Positions 57,228 to 64,000 of a DNA stretch of 64,000 nucleotides are shown one piece after another (the stretch's first letter is position 1; every line of letters begins with the position of its first letter). Where the stretch lies: contig JANLHF010000039.1 of the NCBI GenBank assembly GCA_024653825.1, forward strand, positions 6,945 through 70,944, read 5' to 3'. Both the position numbers and the translations under genes were made by a program. The stretch is from Patescibacteria group bacterium (GTDB lineage Bacteria > Patescibacteriota > Minisyncoccia > Phycocordibacterales > Phycocordibacteraceae). Under the pieces are notes generated by a model. The model saw only the letters and a program-made list of their open reading frames with translations, was not told where the DNA came from and made no database searches.

Positions 57228-58790
57228 ATGGCACGTATCATCATTATCGGTGCAGGACATAATGGCCTTGTGTGCGCGGATTATCTCGCGCGCGCGGGGC
57301 ATCAGGTCACCGTATTTGAACAAAGCAATTTTCTCGGCGGTGCGGCGAGATCAGACAGCGCCACCTTCCCCGGATACACGCTGTCGACGTATTCGTACGT
57401 CTGCAGTTTGTTCCTCTCGAAGATTGTCGAAGATCTTGGTCTCGCGCGTCATGGGTATGAAATCCTTGAACGCGACCCGTCCTTCTTCAAGCCTCTTCTG
57501 GACGGGCGATTCCTATCGCTCGGGAAAGATGGTACGGAAAATGCACGACAGATTGCAAAGTTCTCCGAACAGGACGCTGAAGCCTTCAGGCGCTATGGAG
57601 AGGCATATGGCGTGCTCGGCGGATTCTTTGAGCAGTTCTTGCTCGAGACGCCACCATCTATGCCGCCTCGAAATATACGCGACGTTCTCACCTGCCTAAG
57701 GGCGGCTGGTCGTACACTGCGACTCGGGCCGTGCGCTGACGCGCGTCTGCTTGAGATCATTGTGCGCGATGCGCGGGCGATTCTCGCTGACTGGTTTGAA
57801 AGCGATGTAATCCGCAGCGCCCTGCTCCCCGACAGTTCCATCGGTTCCCTAGACACTAGCGGGCTTCTTCTCATCCTGCACCAATTCATGGGTGCGGCGG
57901 GCGGTGCCCGCGGGATGTGGGGGTATCACCGTGGCGGTATGGGTGGTATAGCGAAGGCACTCGCGAGTGCGGGTAGGGAGTTCGGCGTTGAGATCGTCTG
58001 CAATGAGCCGGTTAAATCTATCCTCATTAGCAAGAGCGGCGTCGCATACGGCGTGTGGCTCAAGAGCGGGGAAGTCGTTCCGGCGGATATCGTCGTGTCG
58101 AATGCAACGCCGCACGAAACATTCCTGCGCTTAGTGTCGAGCGAAGCGTGCCCGCCGGCGTATGCTCGACGGGTGCGTAACGATGACTATTCAAGCGGTG
58201 CAATGAAGGTGAACGCCATTCTTTCCGGCTTGCCGGAGTTCAACTCGCTCGATGGCTGTGGTGACCCCGCACACTATCTTAAGGGGACGATCCACCTCTC
58301 GCCGACGACGGCGTATATCGAGCGCGCGCTTTCTGATGTGCTGATACACGGCATACCGTCGGAGTTACCAATGGTTGAGATGACCATCCCGAGCATCGTG
58401 GATAACATGCTCGCTCCACAAGGACATCACGTGATGAACTTGTTCGTTCAGTATGTGCCGGATCATCCCCGAAGGGGAGGCGAGTGGACTGCCAAACGAA
58501 AGGATAGGTATTTCAGGGAAAACATTCTGAGTGTCGTTCGTCCGTTCGTGAGAAACATCGATGATATCCTTATCGGCGCGCAAGTACTCTCTCCTCAGGA
58601 TATGTATCGGGACCTGCGCCTTACGGGAGGGAACATCTTTCATGGGGCGTTCAAAATCGGTCTTCGGCATCCGTACCGCACGCCGATACCGGAACTGTGG
58701 CTCTGTGGTGCCGGTACGCACCCGGGTGGCGGGGTGATGGGCGCTTGTGGCCATAACGCCGCACGTGACATTGCCCAGTCGCTCGTCTAA
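57228..58790 (+). CDS. Phytoene-dehydrogenase-like FAD oxidoreductase
   Basis: IIGAGHNGL, GGMG, GGNIFHG, GAGTHPGGGV.G. Confidence 0.9.
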   Translation: MARIIIIGAGHNGLVCADYLARAGHQVTVFEQSNFLGGAARSDSATFPGYTLSTYSYVCSLFLSKIVEDLGLARHGYEILERDPSFFKPLLDGRFLSLGKDGTENARQIAKFSEQDAEAFRRYGEAYGVLGGFFEQFLLETPPSMPPRNIRDVLTCLRAAGRTLRLGPCADARLLEIIVRDARAILADWFESDVIRSALLPDSSIGSLDTSGLLLILHQFMGAAGGARGMWGYHRGGMGGIAKALASAGREFGVEIVCNEPVKSILISKSGVAYGVWLKSGEVVPADIVVSNATPHETFLRLVSSEACPPAYARRVRNDDYSSGAMKVNAILSGLPEFNSLDGCGDPAHYLKGTIHLSPTTAYIERALSDVLIHGIPSELPMVEMTIPSIVDNMLAPQGHHVMNLFVQYVPDHPRRGGEWTAKRKDRYFRENILSVVRPFVRNIDDILIGAQVLSPQDMYRDLRLTGGNIFHGAFKIGLRHPYRTPIPELWLCGAGTHPGGGVMGACGHNAARDIAQSLV

Positions 58791-58888
58791 GCACCACCCT
58801 TACATCCCTCGCAGTTGCGGGGGATTTTCGTTTAACGTGTATGAAAATAGAAACCCGCCGAGGCGAGTTCCCTCGTCGGCGGGCTGAT

Positions 58889-59206
58889 TCAAAAAAGATC
58901 CACGAATTTCTCCAGCCAGAACGAATTCTTGGAGTACAGGACGGTCGTCCTTGTCGTTTCCTTTTTGGCGACGACCAATGTCTCTGATGCGCCGCCCAGT
59001 TTCGGACTGGGGACACACAGCACGACCAGCGTGTCCCCGACGTTCACGTCTCCTTTGAGACGCCGGGGGATCCATACGGAGAACCCGGCGGTGTCACTTC
59101 TAGGGATCTCGGTCGCGCAGAGGTCCCTTCCTTCAGGTCGTATCGCGTTCACGAGCATTTCTGCCCGGACGATTGTGACGGCGTCGCATCCGAGAATTTT
59201 CATCAT
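58889..59206 (-). CDS. Hypothetical protein
   Basis: AAAGGAG SD, terminator. Confidence 0.6.
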   Translation of the reverse strand: MMKILGCDAVTIVRAEMLVNAIRPEGRDLCATEIPRSDTAGFSVWIPRRLKGDVNVGDTLVVLCVPSPKLGGASETLVVAKKETTRTTVLYSKNSFWLEKFVDLF

Positions 59207-59383
59207 CACTCCTTTGAGGACTGTCCTTCGTATGTAGGGTAGCTTTTTTGTTCCTAAAATAAGATAGCACGAGCTTACCATAGTGTCAATCTTTTGCCGA
59301 GGTTCAGACGATTACGAAATATAAAGAAAGACCGCCCGTGCATCGTATGGGCGGTCAAGACGAGATCTGCGCCGATAGCTCGA

Positions 59384-59791
59384 CTAGGGAGTGGAAGGAG
59401 CGGGGTGCAGCTCCATCAATTTCTCGACACATGCGTTGGCGACGTCTCTGTCCGGCTCTTTCCCACCGGGGAACGTTACCCATCCGGCTTTCATGAGATT
59501 GTCCTCCCGATTCCAGGAGTCGGCCTTCTGCAGCGCAACAATCAGGCCCTTGTCTGTGCTGGCCGCTTTCTGGAAGTTGGCGACACAAATGGGCGCCAAG
59601 GTGGCAACTCGTTCTTGTTGCCTGGCTTCGTTCGCCATTTTTTCAGTGGTACTTCCGAGATTCCATCCGCCGTAATGGAAGCCGAGAATCATCGTAACGA
59701 CTACGCCAACGACAAGGCCTTGCGTTAGACGAATCGGATTATCTCCCTCGACATAAGGAGACAGAAAGGAAAGGGACTGAGGAACTTTCAC
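59384..59791 (-). CDS. Membrane-anchored hypothetical protein with two Cys
   Basis: TM, GF.YGGW, LAPICV..F, GW.T.PG, VANAC. Confidence 0.7.
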   Translation of the reverse strand: MKVPQSLSFLSPYVEGDNPIRLTQGLVVGVVVTMILGFHYGGWNLGSTTEKMANEARQQERVATLAPICVANFQKAASTDKGLIVALQKADSWNREDNLMKAGWVTFPGGKEPDRDVANACVEKLMELHPAPSTP

Positions 59792-59931
59792 AAGATTTAC
59801 TCCTTCATTTTGAGGATGGACGATTCCATCCCACCGCCGTCAGTCTAGCATGCAAATTAGGACATCGCCCAAGGACCACCGGGGTAGGGGATAAGAAAAA
59901 GCCCCACCATGACGATAGGGCCACAGCGGGG

Positions 59932-60441
59932 TCAGTACATCTTTCGGGCATACGATACCCTCCGGACGTAGTAGTGGGAACTCGGGTCCCTCTCTTTGAG
60001 TATCCCTCGGACACTCCCCGGCCCGACTCCATAAGCGAGAATCAGTTCCTTTCCCTTGAAGCCGTACCTTTCGCGAAGGTGCTCCAGGTACCGTATCCCG
60101 AGAGAGATGTTCACAACCGGATTAAGGAGATTACATCTCGGCAGCTTGAACTCCTCGCAAACGATCGGGCTAATCCCAAGAAGTCCTGAGGCGCCCGAAG
60201 CGTTCTTGGCCGATGGTTTTCCCATTGACTCTGTCAGCATGATACCGACGATGAGATCAATGGGCAGATTAGAATCGCGAAGCGACTCCTCTATTACTCG
60301 TCGCCAACGTGCAATTACGGACGGGCCGTCTTTCAAAACTGAGCGTTGCCACCCGCTGGGTGCCATCGGCAAGAGGGGGCTCTCTCGCGCAAGCAAAGTC
60401 TTGCTGAAAAAGAACAACAAACAACACAAAAGAAATCGCAT
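59932..60441 (-). CDS. Lytic transglycosylase (SLT domain)
   Basis: Signal peptide, ES.G.PSA, GA.GL, NI..G..YL, AY..GPG. Confidence 0.85.
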   Translation of the reverse strand: MRFLLCCLLFFFSKTLLARESPLLPMAPSGWQRSVLKDGPSVIARWRRVIEESLRDSNLPIDLIVGIMLTESMGKPSAKNASGASGLLGISPIVCEEFKLPRCNLLNPVVNISLGIRYLEHLRERYGFKGKELILAYGVGPGSVRGILKERDPSSHYYVRRVSYARKMY

Positions 60442-60536
60442 GCGACTCTCCCAATAATGAATGTACTTTTACTATATATTCATATATATATGTTGTCAAT
60501 TCGGAGCTTCCGGCGGAAAAGAAAAAGTGCGAAGTG

Positions 60537-60608
60537 CTCCGGGAGCAGGACTCGAACCTGCAACCAACGCCTTAACAGGGCGCTGCTCTACCATTGAGCT
60601 ATCCCGGA
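60537..60608 (-). tRNA. tRNA-Asn (GTT)
   Basis: Cloverleaf TCCGGGA...GCTCAATGGTAGAGC...GCGCC-CTGTTAA-GGCGT...GGTTCGAGTCC...TCCCGGA-G; CCA not encoded. Confidence 0.97.
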
Positions 60609-60657
60609 ATATTATTTACGAACGTTCCTAACTATGCAGTCCATTCCAGCGCTGCTC

Positions 60658-60743
60658 TACTACCAAGCGAGCCGAGCGAAAAGTGAATGTCTTCATGCAC
60701 TTTTCCGAGGCAAGCGCAGGGAGGAAGCCGTTCTTATGGCTTA
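60658..60743. repeat. Structured dispersed element, copy 2
   Basis: Conserved blocks shared with 44237-44323. Confidence 0.8.
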
Positions 60744-60854
60744 CTGCGGAATGTTTGAACGCGCGCCGCGAAGCGGCGCGTGAGTGTATTCTAGCGTAAA
60801 ATCGTTATGTCGCAATGTTCTACCTACGTGCCTCCGAAGTGCTACCATACCTGT

Positions 60855-61067
60855 ATGAAGGACTCACTGATTGTCGGAGTAATCCTGATAATCATCGGGG
60901 GTATAGAGACTCTGAGAACAGTCTGGTTTATTCGTTTCCAAATCTGGGTACAGAAGACTCTTATGGGCGCCGACTATGTCCCGAGCGCACGTACCTACAC
61001 CGTCGTCCGGATAGTAGGCGCGTTCATCATGGTCCTAGGATTTTCTGTGTTGCTGTGGGGTGAATGA
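60855..61067 (+). CDS. Small 2-TM membrane protein
   Basis: Hydrophobic ends, PS...RIVG; TACCAT 6 nt before ATG. Confidence 0.7.
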   Translation: MKDSLIVGVILIIIGGIETLRTVWFIRFQIWVQKTLMGADYVPSARTYTVVRIVGAFIMVLGFSVLLWGE

Positions 61068-61138
61068 GGCAGTTTCGCGTATAGAAGGTGAACGGCTCAG
61101 ACGGTCTGAGCCGTTCCAGAATGGGTTATACTGTTTCT

Positions 61139-61378
61139 ATGCTGACGTTGTATGTAAAAACTGGCTGTCCCTTTTGTCATAAAGTACTCGCCACGGGAGA
61201 AGAGCTCGGTATTTCGTTTGAAGAGAAGAACATAGCAGATGACGCGGTGGCGGCCGAGCTTGTCGCCCGAGGAGGGAAGCGGCAGGTGCCGTATCTCATC
61301 GACAGCGAACGCGGTGTAGAGATGTATGAGTCGGGCGATATAGACGCGTATCTGCAAACGACATATCCAAAACAATAA
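61139..61378 (+). CDS. Glutaredoxin/GST-N family protein
   Basis: CPFC, GGKRQVPYL, MYES.DI. Confidence 0.92.
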   Translation: MLTLYVKTGCPFCHKVLATGEELGISFEEKNIADDAVAAELVARGGKRQVPYLIDSERGVEMYESGDIDAYLQTTYPKQ

Positions 61379-61606
61379 ATGTTTATAAAAGTATTCGTTA
61401 CGCCGAGTGCGAAGCGCGAAAGAATAGACGAAAAGGGCGATGCGTTGCTCGTGGCAGTAAAAGAGCCAGCAATGGGGAATCGCGCGAATACGCGCGTGCG
61501 CGAGATTGTCGCCGCACGGGAAGGTGTGCCGGTGGGGAAGGTGCGCATACTGACAGGACACCGTTCTCGGGTTAAAATGGTAAGTGTTACTAGCCCCGAC
61601 GCTTAG
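61379..61606 (+). CDS. DUF167 (YggU) family protein
   Basis: V.P.AK...VKEPA..NRAN...G..SR.K. Confidence 0.88.
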   Translation: MFIKVFVTPSAKRERIDEKGDALLVAVKEPAMGNRANTRVREIVAAREGVPVGKVRILTGHRSRVKMVSVTSPDA

Positions 61607-61633
61607 TCGGGGCCCCGACTAAGCGTCGGGGCT
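61592..61633. repeat. Perfect 42-bp palindrome (double CCCCGAC..GTCGGGG hairpin)
   Basis: AGCCCCGACGCTTAGTCGGGG|CCCCGACTAAGCGTCGGGGCT. Confidence 0.9.
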
Positions 61634-61645
61634 GATTTTTCCACT

Positions 61646-62008
61646 ATGCATATCACCATCAAGACGACAAAGCTTAAATTAGATCCAGAGACTGAAGCGA
61701 TGGTAGAAGAGAAGCTCGCGGCGCCCCTGCGTCTGCTTGGAGAAGACGGCGATAACGCTCTACTAGAAATAGATGTGGAAGAAGCGCCGCCGGAGGGCCG
61801 CTCGTCAGAGCCGTACCATCTGGTCGCTCGGCTTATCGTAAATGGCGAGGTGTACCACGCCGAAGCAGTGAAGCCGACGCCGGAGAGCGCAGCCGACAGA
61901 GTACGCAGTGAACTAGAGGCAGAAATACGACGCTCGCGCGGGCGCGCACGCAAACTCTGGAAGCGCGGTAGCTCGGCGGTTAAGAATATGTTGCGCTTCG
62001 GCCGTTAG
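61646..62008 (+). CDS. hpf: HPF/RaiA ribosome hibernation factor
   Basis: M.I.IK..., EEKL, A.L.V.G....AEA, AAD.V..EL. Confidence 0.75.
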   Translation: MHITIKTTKLKLDPETEAMVEEKLAAPLRLLGEDGDNALLEIDVEEAPPEGRSSEPYHLVARLIVNGEVYHAEAVKPTPESAADRVRSELEAEIRRSRGRARKLWKRGSSAVKNMLRFGR

Positions 62009-62856
62009 CCTTTGTATTCCGTTTCGCGTTTGCCTTCGGGAATGACGCGCAGGACACGGAAAACGCCCGCGGCGTTTTCCGCGGAGATGATTTTCATACG
62101 CTTTCCGTTTTCAAAGAAATACGTGCCGATGCTGTCAGCGTAGGCACGATACTTGTTCCAGTTTTCTTGTGCGGGCGCAGTGAGGTCGAGAAGACCGTCT
62201 TCTTTTGCGAGTTTACGCGCGCGCGAAGCGCGCGCGGCGTCCTGGGCGACTGGCGTAATCTCATCGCGTTCAAATACAGGGAGTGTAGTGGTGAGAAGCG
62301 TTGCGCCCATCTCGATGAGTCGCGGGCGCAGTTCACGCGCAGTCTCGTCAGGCACTATCGTCGTTTTTTCTTGTGCGAGGATGTCGCCCGCATCAAGCTC
62401 GCGCACCATTTTCTGTATCGTCACACCGGTCTCAGCTTCGCCCATGAGAAGCGCGGTCTCGAGCGGCGTTGCGCCACGATACTTCGGTAGGAGCGAGTAG
62501 TGCACATTTAAAACGCCTTTCGGGAATGTGGCGATAAGCGCCTCGGGAAATATTTTTCCGTAGGCGACGACGACGGCGTAGTCAGTGTGCTGCGACGCGA
62601 TTGCCGCAATCGCGACGTCATCCAATTTTTCTGGCGTGAGGACTGGAATAGTGTGCGCGAGCGCGAGCTCCTTGGTGAGCGAAGGGGTGAGCGCGAGGCC
62701 ACGTCCTTTTGGCGCGTCCGGAGACGTCACGACAAGTGTCGGTATAAAACCGTGTTCGATTAGAAGCGCGAGCGTGTCGCTTGCGACCTTCGGCGTGCCA
62801 AAATAGACGAAGCGAAGCGAGCCCCTTTGTTGGGCGAACTTATGCGACTGCGGCAT
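62005..62856 (-). CDS. fmt: Methionyl-tRNA formyltransferase
   Basis: FGTP, VVAYGKI, NVHYSLLPKYRGATP, LDAGDI. Confidence 0.95.
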   Translation of the reverse strand: MPQSHKFAQQRGSLRFVYFGTPKVASDTLALLIEHGFIPTLVVTSPDAPKGRGLALTPSLTKELALAHTIPVLTPEKLDDVAIAAIASQHTDYAVVVAYGKIFPEALIATFPKGVLNVHYSLLPKYRGATPLETALLMGEAETGVTIQKMVRELDAGDILAQEKTTIVPDETARELRPRLIEMGATLLTTTLPVFERDEITPVAQDAARASRARKLAKEDGLLDLTAPAQENWNKYRAYADSIGTYFFENGKRMKIISAENAAGVFRVLRVIPEGKRETEYKG

Positions 62857-63397
62857 GGTGGATGTGGATAAGATTCTCCGCGTGGTCGACGAAGAGGACG
62901 CCGTTGAGATGATCGATTTCGTGCTCGAATATCTGCGCTATGAGCCCGCCGCCCCCGCGCTCAAACTTTGTGCCGTCGACGCGACGCGCGCAGACGGTCA
63001 CGCGCTCGTGCCTATTGGTTGTGCCGTACACGCCGCGGACGGAAAGACACCCCTCATCCGCCTTCGCGCGTTTGCGGGAGGTCTTCACAATCTCCGGATT
63101 GATATACACTTCAACCTCAGCACTTGGGGGTCCGACCCCCAAGTCTGACTTGGGGGTCGGACCCCCAAGTGGAGCTTCGGGAAGAGGTGGTAGGGTGCGA
63201 TCTTTCCGCACGATGAAGATGCGATAGGGAATGCCGATCTGTGGTGCGGCGAGCGCGACACCCTCGAGTTCAGGATCGAGCGCTTCGGTCATATCGTCAA
63301 TAATCTTTGCGAGCTTTGGCGTATCGAAAAACTCCTCGGGCACCGGCTCGGCCGTCCCGCGGAGCACCTCGGCACCGTCTTGCACGATTTCTTTCAT
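62840..63397 (-). CDS. def: Peptide deformylase
   Basis: GVALAAPQIG, EGCLSV, HEIDHLNG. Confidence 0.95.
   Translation of the reverse strand: MKEIVQDGAEVLRGTAEPVPEEFFDTPKLAKIIDDMTEALDPELEGVALAAPQIGIPYRIFIVRKDRTLPPLPEAPLGGPTPKSDLGVGPPSAEVEVYINPEIVKTSRKRAKADEGCLSVRGVYGTTNRHERVTVCARRVDGTKFERGGGGLIAQIFEHEIDHLNGVLFVDHAENLIHIHHAAVA
63121..63171. repeat. 51-bp double palindrome inside def
   Basis: Two inverted ACTTGGGGGTC(C/G)GACCCCCAAGT units; the same unit occurs at 6389-6411 and 32741-32763. Confidence 0.9.
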
Positions 63398-63416
63398 GTC
63401 GTTTAGCATAGCTCGT

Positions 63417-63487
63417 CGGCAAAGCAAAATAAAGGCCGCGCTCCGGGCCACTAGGTCAAGTCTTACTACCTTTATTTTACTTTGCCG
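63417..63487. repeat. 71-bp stem-loop element upstream of def
   Basis: 19-bp arms with one mismatch; loop shared with the prmC copy. Confidence 0.85.
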
Positions 63488-63491
63488 CTCA

Positions 63492-63776
63492 CTAATGTTT
63501 CGTCGGGTCGAGCTCCCACCAGAATTTTTTGCCAAAGTTTTTTGCCTGACTGCAGACACTCTTTAAATAATACAAATCTTGGGTCGGGATTTTCTCCAGC
63601 ACCGTGCCGAGGTGTGCCATCGTCATCGGCGCGAGGCCGTCATTTGCACGAGAGTGATTCAAATGGCGGAGAAAGAATCGCATCATCTCGCCACGTTCGG
63701 TCTGGCGCTTCCTCCCCTTGGGCGCTTCCGCCCGTTTCTTTTCAAACTCGGGGAGTATGTCGCCGATGGATTTCAT
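63492..63776 (-). CDS. Conserved hypothetical protein
   Basis: TERGE...F...LN..R...IPTQDLYYLKSVC...F.KKFWWEL. Confidence 0.75.
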   Translation of the reverse strand: MKSIGDILPEFEKKRAEAPKGRKRQTERGEMMRFFLRHLNHSRANDGLAPMTMAHLGTVLEKIPTQDLYYLKSVCSQAKNFGKKFWWELDPTKH

Positions 63777-63780
63777 TCTG

Positions 63781-64000
63781 TTAGGCCGCCTCGATGGAGG
63801 CGCCCAATTGTTGGAGGCGATTCACAATATCTTCGTAGCCACGGTTGATTGAGTAGACATTGCGGAGTGTGGAGCGACCTTTTGCGGCAAGCATGCCGAC
63901 GAGGATGATGGTCGCGGGTCGGAGCGCGGGCGGACAGACCACTTCGGCGGCCTTAAGCTTGGTCGGGCCTTCGATCGAGATGCGGTGCGGGTCATGAAGG
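63781..64000 (-). CDS. murA: UDP-N-acetylglucosamine 1-carboxyvinyltransferase, C-terminal part (truncated by the window edge)
   Basis: DPHRISIEGPTKL...PPALRPA...MLAAKG.STLRNVYSINRGYE...LGASI. Confidence 0.8.
   Translation of the reverse strand, partial: LHDPHRISIEGPTKLKAAEVVCPPALRPATIILVGMLAAKGRSTLRNVYSINRGYEDIVNRLQQLGASIEAA

Noticed and set aside
45400-60536. Prophage or integron cassette array
   Set aside because: No phage structural genes, integrase or recurring attC-like sites; intergenic hairpins are unrelated terminators with U-tracts
63398-63559. 54-aa N-terminal extension of Def
   Set aside because: It runs through the stem-loop element and overlaps the upstream gene; TATGCT 7 nt before ATG 63397 supports the shorter start
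1-64000. Alternative genetic code (UGA=Gly as in Gracilibacteria/SR1)
   Set aside because: Conserved genes are full length under code 11 and several ORFs end at TGA

Overview
Chromosomal segment of a Patescibacteria/CPR bacterium. It looks Parcubacteria-like; this is inferred from the short RpoB, shortened SMC, PaaX/Cas2-like gene, basic N-tail on RpoD and gene content. Core genes (smc, rnr, rpsP-khpA-trmD, rpoBC, dnaG-rpoD, hisS, prmC, hpf, fmt-def, murA-like, tRNA-Asn) are interleaved with single-gene accessory units. A roughly 15-kb accessory block (45.4-60.5 kb) ends at tRNA-Asn and encodes a PagP-like protein, a SET protein, an M17 peptidase, an NDT-like pair, a DEDDh nuclease, a queuosine-salvage hydrolase, a 933-aa metallophosphoesterase-like protein and an SLT. 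No integrase, transposase or CRISPR array is visible. The main unexplained signals are: (1) many core genes look leaderless, with a -10 box 6-7 nt before ATG, whereas accessory genes have strong SD sites; (2) a candidate ~200-nt RNA carries 20 nt complementary to the consensus 16S rRNA 3' end; (3) a wHTH-Cas2-like gene is bracketed by 38-bp palindrome-containing direct repeats; (4) several families of palindromic or structured mini-elements occur, many inserted in frame in housekeeping genes, and two have conserved cores with fully replaced stems; (5) further promoter-plus-terminator sRNA candidates. All product calls come from motif recognition by eye, not from database searches.
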